Positions 12,701 through 28,199 of a stretch of 64,000 nt of DNA are shown here, piece after piece. The position numbers and the translations under genes are program-made. Under the pieces are notes generated by a model. It had not been told where the DNA came from. It ran no database searches and saw nothing but the letters and a program-made list of their open reading frames with translations. Source of the DNA: Trichoplax adhaerens (lineage: Eukaryota > Animalia > Placozoa); the NCBI RefSeq assembly GCF_000150275.1, contig NW_002060965.1:186001-250000 (forward strand), in the 5' to 3' direction. Position 1 is the first letter of the stretch. Every line of letters starts with the position of its first letter.

Positions 12701-15700
12701 TACCGCAACTCATAGCTTCATGAACTCTTTTAATTTCTATTTGATGCTGTAGCAATCTTAATTTTTCCAGATTTAAAGTCCGTTGCGTAATGATTTAGTT
12801 CAAATTTTTCAATACCCAGTCATAACCGCTAGTTTTTGTTGTCATAGACTATTTGCAGTTATGCTATTTTAAATAATTCAGACATGTATATTTGAAATTG
12901 ATCTGACTAGACTCAGCAGCCTTTCTCGTAGGTTAATCATAATAACAACTCAGGAAATTTGATCATTATGTAGCTTGTTTGCTCAATCATTAAATAACTT
13001 TAATTCAGCTTGTAGTGTTATGCTTTCTTCATAATGGCTATCTATTATCGAGGACCTACTGTATTAAAGTTAACATTTCTTACATGTACTAAAGTCAATA
13101 TCAATTCGTATTGGAAATTAATAGAATTTATGTTATAATTACTAACTCGAAACAGCTAGTTTCCAGAAGCTCTTATCAATGAAAATTTTAATAAATCATT
13201 TTACATAGCTAAATGTTTTCATTTTCATTTTCTTAGACTAGATAAAATTTCTACATCATTTGGAAACGTGTAGAAAAAATATATATTTGATATAAATTAG
13301 AGTAGCCAATAACTTCTAATATTCACTAAAATACGCTAAGGACTAGAAAGTGGTTCTTAATCTTGCTATAGTTACCACAATATTCCTGTTCCAATGTATG
13401 ATCTATTGGCTATTGACGCCTATTCCTTGTGAAAGAGAACACATTGATAAATCTTTAGACATGGTCAAATTCTCATGACATATTAATTATCAAGCTTGCA
13501 TAACTAATTTCTCATAATAGTCCATAAATAGATTACTGTTCTTATCAGTTGACGTTACATTTCATCATGTCCAGGCATATAAATTCATGCTGAAACGGGA
13601 TCTTATAATCAATAACTTTATCTATGACTTAAATAAATCGACAGTAATATTTAGTTTCGCTAGTTACTAAGTTAAAACAATTTGAACTGATGACTAGGAA
13701 AATATACATGTACATTTAGTTAGTCAATTTAAAGGCTTATAATTATATATAGCGGATCTATGGTAAGGAATTGTCAAATTTCTAGTAAAATTACTCTTAG
13801 TTACGTGACATTTTTGTATTGCGCTAAGAAGCTAATTACTTTCCTACATTACCAATTAGCAAAGGAAAAGAAATTTAAATTTTTTCTATTTATTATAGAA
13901 AAAACAATCTGATTAATGCTGCCTTAATATTTTACTGACATACTAGTTGAGAAGAAATCTTGAGTACGACAAACTATTTCTGACAAATCATCTTATAAGA
14001 TATGAAGTAGTATTTTTTTGAATTCCAAGGAAAGAAATTTTTCGAGGAAAGACTCTATTTAGAAAGTTTAATTGTTTTACTATTTGAATCGTTTATTCTA
14101 ATGTACTTTGTCACTATCTATGGTAATTCTGTAAAGGATATCCGACTTTTTAAGTAAAATTAATTATGCTGCACACTATTTAAATTTATATTTTAACAAT
14201 CTGATTATTCATTGTTTTCGAATTCCTTATCGATTCTGCTATTTTGACATAATCAGAATTCTAGACTTGTTTCAAATTATATTCCTATGTAACCGTATAT
14301 GACGGATGAATAGCAACATTGCTGCTTAAACAGATTCATTAAATTTTATATCTATGCCTGCTAAGCAGTATGTTCCGTTCTTTAACGGCAGTATTTATTA
14401 AATAAACCATTATATGTTGATTCAACATTCGATGGCAGCTTATACTAAAAATGTCATGCTTTAATAATAAATTGTAAAAATTGGATTTTCTGTTCTAAAC
14501 ACAAGCTAATGCTTTGCTACTAAAATTTTATAATTGGTTGTTTGAATCAGCAGTGACATCGACCAATCGTTACACTTTTATTAATACTAAATGCCTTCCA
14601 TCCAGCTTTCTCAAGGCCAATGAAATTAAAATAAAGGCAAGTATTGATTCCCAAGATTGCTTAGTATCTGTATGACAGTAAATACATTTTGTTATTGCTA
14701 ACATCGAAGTAGACAATTCATTTCATTTCCGCTGTGCTTTATTAAATCTAATGTGTCATATAAATCTCAAGTAAGTCTTAAAAAAATACTACATTTGAAA
14801 ATTAAAATTACGAGAAAAATTTTAATATGGTACCAGTAAGGTAGCAATATTTGTTGATATACTTGCTGTTTTGCTGAAGTCTACCGCTAATTGCAAGAAT
14901 AAGCGATTTCAATTCCCTGGGGTAGTTAAATAATATAAACAGGTAATACACTTTGCGAGAAATTTTAGATAAAACGATAAAGTAAAGTAAGCTCTAATCT
15001 AGTATCTGTAACAACCCAATAAATCACTCTCTAAGCGTGAATTAATGTAGCACGGCTTGAAGGTTTCTTATCATAATGTTCGGTTACTTGAAAATTCTGT
15101 AAGCTTAGTCCTCTTATTATCAATAATATTGTTGCAGCTATCGCTGTGATTAAAATATGGAATTTAAATTATTACATTTTCATCTTGATTATAAAAAATT
15201 AATACAATTTAGAATTATCCTACATGTTTTGATACAGGGCATCTCATAATACAGTATAGATCATCTTAAATAGCTAGGCTATGAAATTATCAATTTTAAT
15301 GCTGGCAGTTAAATAATTGCTTTATTGATGATATTTTATTTATTGAACAAGGCTCTAGAGCCTATAAGCTAACAAAAATTTCATCTTTTATTGGAAATAA
15401 TATAAATACTAATGAACTACCGTAGCAACCCATTTTATGGCCAAAACAGTTAGCAATATGGACAAAACAGATTGAGACTATGATGCAATTTTGACCTTTA
15501 TGACTGTGATGATACTTAATCATTTAATGTACATTATTTGCATTGGTTGTCTACAGCAATATGTTTAAGTCACAATATTCAAGGCCTATAACTAGAGCAG
15601 TGTTATCTAACAGGGTGATTCTATAAAAATTAAACCAATTACGAAGGATTGTAATTTACTTTCAGACTACGGTGATAGATTAGTCGTTAAAAAACGATAT

Positions 15701-18700
15701 TAACTATCGCTAATTTTATCATATGTATGTGAACTAATCCCGCTTAAGTGGCGTTGCATTTTTATTTATTAATTAAAGACCTTTGATAGTTTATTTACAA
15801 CAACTGATATTAAGATTTGTGGACGTTACTAAAGGATTCTGGATGGTCAATGATTGAAACTAAGGGATCACTTTAGCCCCATTAAAGCGTAAGAATCATA
15901 AATTTACTTCAATCGAAAAGAGCATATGGTATCAATTTTTAATTTAATTTGCCCCACGAATGCCACCGGCTGCATCATTAAGAATACCGATTGAATTATA
16001 TTATATTGCTTCGTATCTCATTCTTGATGTGATTTAATGTAATACATTATTCATGGAATTTAAGCAAGATTTGATTCTAGCAATAAAGAGAATTAAATAG
16101 TTTAGAAGCTAGCTAAAGCTTCTTTATTCCATGGTTAATAAAACTATCCAGAAGAACGATTCCCTTGTCGGAACCCTAACCCTAAGGATTCATTTTGCCA
16201 TATCTGACTGATGATCATGACTGAATCTAAATCATTATAAGTATATTTCAAAAATTATTTAATACTAAGAATTTCATCAAGAGGCTGGGCTTAAACTATG
16301 TTGATCTAGATATTAATGGGCAGTATCGTTGTAAGGATTCATTAAATGTTTAGTAGAATATGCTAATTTAGAATGTAAACGATTTTTAATTGTATGCAGG
16401 GGATCTTATGAAAGAGGTAGACTTTAAGTTCAAGCTAAATTAGAAACGATGAGACAAACCGATATTAAGGTTTTGTTACATTTAATTTTTTTATTTCTGC
16501 TCTGTGGCCAGACGTCTCTAAAATGGAACATAAACAATATACGCATAAATTTTATTGACACGAAATCAGCCAATTATCTACAGAGATTGCAAAAAAGATT
16601 TCGTCAATGCATTATTCTAACAATAAATATCTCATCAAATTAGTATATGAAATCTATTGACCAAAATGAATTGTCTTTTGACTAATTCAAATAAAATTTA
16701 AATACCTTCTTGGTGAAATAAAATGACTTTTGAGAACAAATTCTTGTAATATTGTCTAAAATAATAGACTATTTGATCAATAGAATCCTGAATATTGCAT
16801 AATAAATACATGCTGATCAATTTCTAGTGGACAGCATTTATTAAATGCAGGTATCGACTCTTTGCAGATTTGCCTTGTAATAAATTGAAACTTACTTATT
16901 AAAAAAATCAGTTTGTACCAAGGCTCACCAAATCCAAATAGAATTAGAGATACAGTTTGTTAAAGTTGCTAATAAGGTAAGTAAAGTGAGGGTTAAATCT
17001 AGAATGATTAGTGATTGAAAATACTAAAATATATGATAAAATTATCGATACTTTGTATATTTGTTCATCAAATGCTTCAATTTCAAAGTGTTATAAGTGA
17101 TTCATAGCTGATCTTAAGAGTAGCTATTTTGGAGATTTTATTACGTAACTAAGAAAGTAGACAAGCAAAGTCTAGTTTTACAAGCTATCAGATTAATTTT
17201 CGTTTACCGATTTTCAAAAAAATTTACTTTTCAGTTCGTTTTTTTTCAATTTCTATAAAATTAATATTATTATGCGACAAGGAAGCAGGCCATTTACTGT
17301 GCAATATTTAATGCTTCTCTTATTACGGTAGTTGATTCGATTAAATCGCAACCATCAAGCGTTATGATAAGCGAAATTAAAATAGATTTCAAATTCATCT
17401 TTTAAAGATGTTCACGATATTAAATAGGTGTAAATTGAGACTAAATGGTTTTCAAATTCGTTTATTTTACTAATATGGCTAGGAGATTAATTTATGTGGT
17501 GATAATGACTTGAAGATTTATGGCGATGATGCATAATTACCATTAATGATTTCGTTTAATTAGTCTCCTCAACCATGTGATAAAGTAAAATTTTATATCT
17601 TATACAGAGTAGGATTCTAATTAGTTAATAGCAAGGACCTAAATTATGGTAGCTTAAATCGCAGATGCCTATTTTACTTTTGTAAGCTCATATCCTAAAA
17701 TATAATCGCTGCTTTACTATATAGCTATTGATCGACTTATTACAAGTTATTATGTTTTAATCACCAAGTCCATGATTTTGCATCGATCTTAATTCTATAA
17801 AATATGTTAGCCAATACAACACCGTTAACACAGTATTCAGCTTGACATGTGATGATTTCGAGCCTAATTTTTAGAATATATGATTTATTCATTAATCGTT
17901 CCGAGTTTCTTTGTTAAATTCCCTGCTCTGGCATGATTACAGTAATAAATTAAGAATAGATCGCATTTAGTCTCTTACGCAACTTTCGCATTACCTTGAT
18001 AAAATTAATTTCTAAAGATGTTTCTGAATTCGAGCAAAGTACAAAATGAGGGCAGATTAGAGTTTGGTTTCGAGGTAGATTGACAATGCAAAGATATTAC
18101 TAAATGTTACTTGGATTAAAGAAAGTGAATACCACAATCGCTTACAGAATAATGTTTCTTGTCTGTCTTGATATGGTTATAGATTGATATAGACATGATC
18201 AAAATTTATTTTGGAATTTAGGCAGAGCATAGTTTGATAATACAATAAACTGTTGTCCAGGATGCTATAATTTACTTTTTTAACTACCAAAAAGGAAATA
18301 CTCCTATCGTATAAAATACGATGCGACTTAAATCAACGTATCTGAATTTAGTATAGACATAAGTAAAGTTTGATTTACATATTTGAATATGGTACTTCTG
18401 GATCGATTGATTGATGCAAATAAAACATCTAAGATATTTTAAGAACTCTACAGATACCATGAAATGGAAAGTGTGATGGAATAAATAGGGAAGAAGGAGG
18501 AAACTTTGATGAAATACAGTGATTTAAATAGATATCATATAACATTAGAAATAACATCTTTGATATGAAGGTTAAGGTTTTCGATGATGACATTGATCAT
18601 TTGCTATTTCCTAAAGTTTTCATTTACGTCGTTATAGCACTGATTAGGTTAATAGTATTGGATATTTTTGGGAGAATTAGGTTTTTGTAACATTTACCAT

Positions 18701-21300
18701 AACTTTTAATTCCGGTGATTGTTTAAAAGATTTTCTCCGTGTCAGTCGTAGTTCTTCAGAGTGACCTGGTTACATCATTTTGATCGCTACATTATCATAA
18801 TCGAACACCGGTCTATAGCTGACTTTTATGACATCTACAATTACATGATTTTGAGTTTAAATGACAAATACGGTAGGGCAAACACTATAGCAGTTGACGA
18901 TTACACCTAAATAATCGAAACATAATTCGCTTTATTTTAATGAATAAAAAATTTCCTTTCTATAGAATGTTCCCGTAAGTCAAAATTATAAAATACGCAC
19001 GAATACTTTCCTTCTAGTTGATTTTATCTAATGGCTGAAACAAAATCAGATTTCTTTAAACTGTCACTTTACTACAGCTAAATTAATAAAAAAAGTGATG
19101 TATAACTGGCCTTCCCTCGATCATACCGAGTACAGACATAAATTTTCTCGTTTTTTATTAGTGCAATGAGTCATGGAAAATGTTAAGATGATAGCGTGAT
19201 TCTTGAAAGACTTTAAGGTAACTGTTTAAGATGCAAATTTAAGAAAACTAATGTTACCTTAACATTGGTTCAATTTAAATTGAGTCTTTGCCTGATCAAG
19301 CAGAAAATATAATTACTCTACCGTAATTAAAGTTAGGATAATTCAAACTTGGTTTAAGACTTAGTGTATTTAAACCTTACTTATCAATTGGACAATGACC
19401 AATTTTTATGTGAGTAAACTAACGCCGCTATTAATTTTTAAGCCAAATAGTGAATAAATATTTAATTTACTTCCTCCTAGACTACTGTTATGATTCTAGC
19501 AAATAAATATAATCTTTATGGTAATAGATCATTGACGCTCTTAAAAGGTTAAATTCGCGTTAAGACAATTCAATACCGAGAACTTATTTAAAGAAAGTAA
19601 ACTCCCATTTTGATTCATACCATGCTCAAATGAGATACCTTATGTTAGGATACGTGATATTCAATTTATTAATTTAAGCACGAAAACCCATGTTATCATC
19701 ATGATCGTCACATTGACTGTCATTTAACAAGTACCTTTATATCTATAAAGGACTCGTCAATCATTTCATGATATAAAAATATTAATTGTCGAGCATGTGA
19801 ATAATCTTTTCTGACAGATCATTCTCAAAACCTTATTCTACTGCATTTAAATAGAGTATATGTGAATTACATAGTTTACTAAACATTGTAGCATATTTCA
19901 TAGAAAAAGAAGTAGCTTCACTGCTACTTGTTTACGACGTTCTTAGGTTTCCTGACTACCAGTATTTCCAGCTAATAATGCAATTATTTTAGTCTAGAAC
20001 CCTAATTGTAATATATCGTGGAAATTAGAAGATCGGCATTGATATATGCATATTAATTAGCTATTAACTTAAATTTATTCTGCATTTATCATTCACACCG
20101 ATATAATTTTTCTACATATTTCAAAGCGAGAAATAGAAACTTCATATTGCCTCATACTTAATAAACTATCTTACGGATAGTGAACAAAAGATATGACGAT
20201 TCTATCCTTTTCCTATGAGAAAAACTTTAAGTATGCTAACCTATTAATAAGAAATTGATATGAATTGAAATTACAATCAGTCATACTTTCGTTCTTCATC
20301 CGTCTCTTAAACATCTTTAACCGAAGTAATGTATTTAGCGAGAGGCGGTCAATATTTATCGATACAATTTACTCGGTGCTCATTATTCTCTTTATAAATG
20401 ATGGATACATTACTTCAAAAATATTAATTTTTTCCTTGAGATGAATTTATTTTTAGTCCGTTAATTAGGAATAAAACTAAATTTTGTCATTACTAACAAA
20501 AGATATTTCCAATGGTCTAATAAATACTCCATGCAAAAAGTTAGATGTAGCAAGCAATTATTGCAATTAGTACTCTTCTGCTTAAGCAATCTATAGCTCT
20601 AAGAAGAGAAGGAAGTATAGCTATTTAAGACCATATGCTTTAAGCTAAGTTCCCATAATTTAAGAGTACTTCATTACAAATGTTGAACAAGCCTAACATA
20701 ATGCAAATTGAAAATAGACCAATAGTTCGTTGTACGTCATTTATGGAACCTGAAATATTATAATAATATACATTAGTCATTACTTTGGGGTTGCTATTGT
20801 ATTGATGCTTATAATAGGTCAGAATTTATCAGTCTCAAATTTGTTTTTTTAATTGTTAAATAGTATACAAGTGTTTCTATATAGACGTAGATATTTTTTA
20901 GCCTAATGGTGTAGGATATTCGTACGAGAATACAACTTGATATCTATTGCTTTATCATATACAGCAGGAGCAACGTCACAACTGATACTTGCATATTGTA
21001 ATAAATGTAAGTGTTACCGAATATAAAGACTCAAATTAAGGTAAATACTTTAGATGAAAGCCAGAAGTTTATAGCACAGAGGATTTCACTCTCATACAGT
21101 AGTACGCTCTACTGTTAATTTGTAAGGTTTATTTTTCAGCTTATTTTTGATATCAGTAACTGCGCTTAGGAAGAAGAACAGTACTTTTTGAAATGTTCAT
21201 AAATTACATAACCGTTGCAATATTTCTTTATTTTTGCCTAGAAAGTGACATCCGTAAAGATTTCTCCTTCTTTGCCATAACTTAAACATCTCAATTTAAA

Positions 21301-21346
21301 ATGAGTAACCTCGTCACGAATATGCCAAGATTACTCAACCAAACTG
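21301..21346 (+). CDS. GPCR-3 exon 1 (MSNLVTNMPRLLNQT + G)
   Basis: ATG at 21301, 15 codons plus 1 nt, donor GTTAGT. Ends AACCAAACTG|GT exactly as GPCR-1 exon 1 does. Confidence 0.85.
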
Positions 21347-22760
21347 GTTAGTAAAATTTGAACCATTAAAATATAGGTGGTAATTAAATATTTATATCGC
21401 AGTACATGATTACTTCTTTGCGGTGATTTTGAAGCACAATCTTAATAACGTAACGATGCAGTTTGTATGCGTGATCGCTCATCCTAAAACTAAAAATACT
21501 ATCCAGCATACAATAGTAGATGACAAATTTAGTTGTTTTCAAAGTCGATCTTCAAAGCCACTACCTTTTTTTCTCCACAATTAATTAAAGCGGTTTGAAA
21601 TTGAATAAACGATCAATCACATTAGTTCACTTTTTGTAGGAATATCTTTAACATATCCATAAGTGAAACTTAATTGCATCAAGTATAAGATTGCTATAAA
21701 ATCAGATATTTTAAATCATCTTTAAGATTGATTTTATAGATCAATTTTATTCGTAACCAATTCATATTTCTAGTTTCATATATTATATTCCAAGGAATCA
21801 GTAATTAGACAATACAACTTACAAGAATAACGGAAAATAGAAAGAAATAGCTAATGATTTAGACAGCTGCCTAAAGCATATACCTTGATAATTAATCATG
21901 ATCATCATAATAAATTTTAGTTTGAATTGACTTAAAGACTGCTGATAAGTTGCTTTAATTTTACTTGTCACTTTAAAATCATTTTAGTACATCCTAGAAG
22001 TACCTATTAATTTACGGTAGTCTTTAATGTAGGGAATGAAATACTATATTTTTTGTATCTGAATTATATTAGAATCGTTTCAGAGATTCATATCAAAGCC
22101 ATTCGATTACTTATAAGCGTCAAAAATGATGATCGTGTTATGAAAATATCCATACAAAAAAATTAATTTAATAGGAACAGTTTATTTCTATCATTTATGA
22201 TTTCATAAACCAAGATATTAATTAACATAGAGAAATTATAGCACTATTGAATGCTAGTAAAGATTTGAATTCTATCATGGAAACAAGATGCTATATACGC
22301 TATCTCGAGTTTTTGAAATCGAATTAAAGCAATCAATCAAATTTAATAACTTCACATTAATTTGTTATATTCATTCTATTATCGATACCGGTAGTTGCCT
22401 TATACTGTATGCAGCTTACACATACTGTGATACATACTACCCCTCAAAATTAATCTTTTAAACTTTATTATCTTATAACTTAAGTCAACTCTTAGATTTT
22501 TCATTTAATAGACTTATTCCTCGACACCTCGTTCACTTATAGTCAAGCTAAATTTTACGTTAGGTATTCAGTATGATAAGACCTTTAGTGGATAACTATT
22601 TAAGGTGTGTTTTGTTTGCTATTTACTACCGAAAATATCCGTAATAAGCTTTAAGAAAATATTAATTAAAAATAGAAGAAATGTGTATCTTAAAAAAAAT
22701 TTCTTTATAACTATGCTAAAGGATGTTTTTAATCATTATCTTTAATAAAATTTATACTAG

Positions 22761-23725
22761 CTGTTATCATCTCAACGGAATACCTCATCAGTAGCCTTTT
22801 CACTATCATCACCAATGCATCATTATTGATATTCATCTTAACTCACAGCAGATTGAGGCAATGTAAGAATGCTATCGTATGTAGTACATCGATGGCAGGC
22901 ATACTGTTTGCTTTATGCTATATATTGCCACGATTTGCTATCATGTATACTAATGGAATTCAGATATGGCCTCGAGATTACCGATGCGGCTTGCTATCAA
23001 GAATTGGACAGGCTATCTTTTTTAGCTTAAATGTCCATTTAATGATTCGAATACTTGAGATTTATGTCCAAGTTTGCTATCCATTTAAATCAAGTCGTTT
23101 GTTAACAACTCGGAATATTACTATTCTCCTATTTGTTGTATGGTCAGTCACAGCTAGTATACCGATTGGTATTCAAATCTTTGTCGAAGTTGGAGCTGCT
23201 TCAAATGTCTTTAATGCTGCTGCTTGTATTCTAGTATCATTTAAATTGTTAACCATATTTAGTATTATTCTAGCTATATTTTCCTTGATTGTGTTGATAT
23301 TTTCAACGATAGCTTACATACGCGTTTTGTACATCACCAATCATGCCGTTCAACGAATACGTCATTTAAGTCATAGTATATCTGTTGCAATCAATCGCGA
23401 GATCAAGTATGAAAAGCGAGCTAAAGGTATCCGTCAAGCGTTAATCCTATTATTGGTTTATTTATTATCGATGATACCATTCCTAGTGTTGGTAATTTAC
23501 AGTCAATTTTATTACAATTCATCAATTATTAGACCATGGCCGCCAGGATTGGTGACGGCTTTACGTCTATTTCAATACATTGCATTCTTATTTCCAGGCT
23601 TTCAACCATTTCTATTGGCATCGTTTACGGCAGATATAAGGGAAGAATTAGTTAAATATTATAATCAAAGAAGAATAACAAGATCTTCTAGATCGATTCC
23701 TTTAAGTGTAACACCACCTGGTTGA
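22761..23725 (+). CDS. GPCR-3 exon 2: atypical class A-like 7TM receptor, subfamily A
   Basis: Acceptor atactAG|CT GTT ATC is in frame with ORF 22826-23725. Motifs WPRDYRCGLLSR, EIY..VCYP, MIPF, QPFLL. Confidence 0.88.
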
Positions 23726-25690
23726 TTCAAGAAATTTTCTTACGTATTGAATTAAGTTTGATTGAAATGAGTTCATTCGTTCCTAATTATTGTTTTATAG
23801 GATGAAATTATTAATTTCCGTTAGCGTACATAAACGTTGGTTTGCAAATTAATGATATCATGTCATTTAATTTCATAACATAATCAATTAATTAAATTTA
23901 TTGATTGAAACTAAGTATTAATATATATGACTAAGATTACAAGAAATTTTAATTATTTTTTATATTGTACGGCACGATAAAAGTTGTTTCTTGTAGACCA
24001 CAATTCTATTTTGACGTCAGCATAGGCCGATTAATTGACCATATAAGAATACATTGATTTTCTCTATACTTTATATATTAGAAGATCGTAAGCCACAATG
24101 TAGTTGTACTTGTACCGTATCAGCAATGGCTAAAACATGATTTGCATAAAATAATCGTAATTACTTAGATTTCAATAAGCGCTATACGAGCAGTCTAAAT
24201 TCAACAAACTTCACAAAATCAGTCGCTGGCGTTATCATTATTGAATGTGTAGCTCAAATGTTCAGATACTATTAGTTGTTTCTTAGATTTGAGAATAATC
24301 TAGTCATGAGCTAGGAATTCAAATAGACTCAGTATCAATCAACAATTTAATGATATATAATTAAAGTCACCCTAAGAAATATACAAGGAAGTAGATCATA
24401 CACTATTACAATGTTCTTTATCCATAATAAATAAATTATTGCAAGTAAATTACTTAAAATAATATCCATGCAAAAAGTAGATTATGAATTGTATTACTAA
24501 CTGCAATGTGCGAGTCTCTTTCTTTCATTTATTTATATTTGATGGCTTAAAAAATTATAATGATCAATCATAGGATTAGAGCAACACACAAAATTGAAAT
24601 CGGATGCTGACATGTCAGACTTATCCAAATTTCATTTTAAATATAGTTCGGTTCCATAGATGCCAATATGATAATTTGATGGTACTAATTAGTTGCCGTC
24701 ATTTTTCACTGTTGAAATTGGCGTAGATTAATAAAAAAATAAATATTAAATACTCTATGCCTAAATTTGTCAGTTTTGAATTTTTTCTCTAAACTGCAAA
24801 TTGAAGCACAATTGATATAATACATTTCGCGGGTGTAATTTCCTATACAATAACTAGCTTTCAACTTTTATTTAATAGAGGCATTCCATACCATATAATT
24901 CTGGAACTTTCGTATAAAATAAACACTAATTAATTACGGTAATTATTAATAAATTCTTAAATATAGATACGTTATCAGGAAATATCATAGTTTAGCAGTT
25001 TTTAACATCAAACCATGAAAGAAGCACTAGCCTGGTACAGATTTGTAACTGGTAAGGACTAGAGCCATCTGTTTATGTTTATTATTCGTAGGATGTTGTT
25101 TATTGGTATATTGATGACGTCGTACCTTATACTGTCGAAGTTTTGTTGAAAATTTATAAGCAACTCGTACTCAGCAGCTAAAATAGCTCATGTACTATCT
25201 CGATTTTTATATTTAAAGCTTGGCATTTAAAATTTGTATAGAAGTCATGTTCTGTGCTCATACTATGTAGCAATTAAATATGAATATCAGCTGTTTTGAA
25301 TGATTCAATCCGCAATCATTTCGTAAGCGTCGCATCATACGTTATAATTTTGACATCATGATAGCAAACTACTTCAAAGTGGGGGAGAATATTCTCACTT
25401 TGTGTATATTACATTGATAATTGCATGTATATTGGATTTACGAATTATCTATCAATACCTGTACGTGTGATATAAGAGTTTTTCAAGGCACAGATATCAT
25501 CTTTGATACTTTATCTCGCATTTTTATACGATATAATACTAAGCCATGGTATCTTTCTGTCGATCTGTTTCTTTAAGATTATATATCCATTATTTGGCAT
25601 CATATTACCAATAATTTGATATTTATGATCATATAATGTAATCTAGTCTAGTAAATCAAAACAGTAGCAGTAAAGTACATGAGATTTTGT

Positions 25691-26030
25691 CCGGGCTGTT
25701 TTAGCTTGTTGTATCGAAGGAGATCGTACTAATGCCTAACTAATTACCACTCAATTTAAGAGTGGTGACATATTTAATAAAAAAATCTGAAAAATCAATA
25801 GAAATACAATGAAGCCACCCGATTTTTAGGGTATCGCAGAGCCCGGGCTGTTATGGTTTGTTATCTAAGGAGAGAAACAGTTATTACAGGTTGTAATTAA
25901 TGCCCAACTATTTACCCTTCAAATTACATAATTATGATCTATTTTAAGATAAAAATTTATAAAAAATACAAAAAAAACACCTAATTTTTAGGGTATCACA
26001 GAGTTTGGCTTTATGATTGTTGTTTCGATT
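25691..26030. repeat. Diverged tandem duplication, ~155-160 bp x2 plus a fragment
   Basis: CCGGGCTGTT, TAATGCC.AACTA.TTACC and ATTTTTAGGGTATC.CAGAG each occur twice. Confidence 0.75.
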
Positions 26031-26295
26031 ATCAAAATCTATAACGAGATATTAACAAGAATTTCAAGCCTTATATAACTAACATTTCCAGGGTATAGTG
26101 AAGAATGGAAAAAATGGAAAAACTTGATTGACATGTAAAAATAGTACTTAAGAACTGCAAATAGGTAAATATAACTCAGAAAATTTTCCAGTGAAATTTA
26201 TTTACTCGACTTTTAGATTATACGGCAGTTTATTGAGAGTTTGGTAAGGAATATAAATTTTAAATTCAGTTTGACAAATCGCACGTGTGAATGTC

Positions 26296-26827
26296 TGCCA
26301 CTACATTATAACAAATTGTAGGTCATGGTGGCTAGACTATTTGATAATAACTTTAAATCCTGATAGTAAATTCTATATTCGAACTGCAGGTTGATCGGTA
26401 TACTGTATAATAAACCGAACGAATATGGAATTACTAATGTAGTATTGTAGTTCTGCTAAGCAGCACCCTAGGGAATATTGTACAATAAAATACTGAGAAT
26501 AGACTTACAAGTAGGTCTATTAATATGGATTTCATGTCTTGTATAAAAGTGAGTCTACACCGTATCGAATACGGTATTGCAATAGTTGTCGGAACGGAAA
26601 TGCAGGTAATCGTTCTTAGCTATGCCTATTGGGATACGAACGATTAGGTTGATATAGTAACTGTAGAAACTGAGTAATTTTCCTGTAAAATTATAAAAGT
26701 AAATCCATAGCTAAAGAGCTTGCAATTTATGTGGACTTTAACTTTAAGTAAGAGTCATTCAATAGGATGATGGGAAAATGTATAGCAAAAATTGTGAACG
26801 TACATTGTACTTCTTGCACCTGTTACA
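26296..26827 (+). mobile_element. Candidate old solo LTR related to families A/B; left end uncertain
   Basis: Right end GAACGTACATTGTACTTCTTGCACCTGTTACA resembles the family A end GATCGTACATTATGTTATCTTGTTGCA...GTGACA. TATAAAA near 26692. TSD only poor (ATGTC/ATGCT). Confidence 0.35.
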
Positions 26828-28199
26828 ATGCTGCAATCCATTAAATGATTGTTCCATGATGATTTCTAGGACTATATGCATAACTACAGCAAACTAAGAA
26901 TAACAAACATAATGATCTAGTTGCGCTCATGTTGCAACTTTTGACATAAAATGCTTGTTCGTAGTATAGGAGGATTTTGCTGTATAGATGGTGTGCTAAT
27001 AGCACTAACACTTATTAAAATAGATGAGGGCAGAATATACAGGTATGATAAAAAATTGTGAGAAAAGATTGCATTCCTTGCACATATTACAAAGTTGTAG
27101 TTCATAATCGTTTCACGATGATTTGTACATCTTCCATAATGCATGAGTACTTTTCTAATGACATTAACCATTTTTTGCCAAAGTCTACCGGAACAAGTTT
27201 ATTTAATGTAATTAATAATTAAATGACTATCTTAAATTATTATATCGTGACGCCGATTCTTAATTAAACAAGCTCGTAAGCTAATCTTGCTGTTAACCCT
27301 GTAAATAGGGGATGGCGATGAAATTAAATGTGAATTCAATGATGATCTAAGCAATATACGTGTACTAGAAAGTAAGGGCAGCAAACATAATCCTCTAGTC
27401 ACGCATTATGTTGCAAGAAATGGCATAAAATGTCTGCTAGTAGTATAGGAAGATTTTTCAATATGGATAATGTGCTAATAATAAAAATGATTCTACAAAA
27501 GCTCATGCTAGTACAGTTTATAAGTCTGATAATAACAGGGTAAATTTAATTAAAAATTATGGCTAAATCTAGTGGTTGGACTAGGTATGGAGTATGAAGA
27601 AAGAATAGCGATTAAAATATTCTTTTTCTTATACACAGGAAAAGAAAACTTATACAATAATCATACAAGCTTAACGACCAACTGGAATAGTTTTTCCATC
27701 TGTTCTGCTATATTTAGTACCATGATGCCGTATGCGAACTGTAAGGAATCTTATGAGCTATTGTGGTTACGAGACTTTTCATGCTACCTTTTGAATGATA
27801 AGTCAACAACTAATTTAATTGTATTACTCATTCTAGTATAATCGATATCACTGAAACAATCGCAATCGAATCCCTACAGACAAATGTTATTGACATTCGA
27901 TTTAAATCAATCAATATTATTGACAAGGAGGTTGAGGGCAAATAGAATAAATTATATATTTCTATATACCATTGGTGTTATTATTCAAATTTTGTAAAGG
28001 CAATAGAGAATGTTTAAAATAGAGATATTATGTAGCAATAATAGTGTTGTCGCCAATCAGAATGATGGATCGTGCTTTGGATATAAGAAACTTAACGATG
28101 ATTTGATCTATTGATCAGCTATCCTGTTGTAGTTTACGGGCCAACACTATTTCAGAACCGATGAATTGAATTCGACGTGGTACTATTTGCATGCTAAAA

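Noticed and set aside
16172-16185. AACCCTAACCCTAA telomere-like motif
   Set aside because: Only about two units, compatible with chance.
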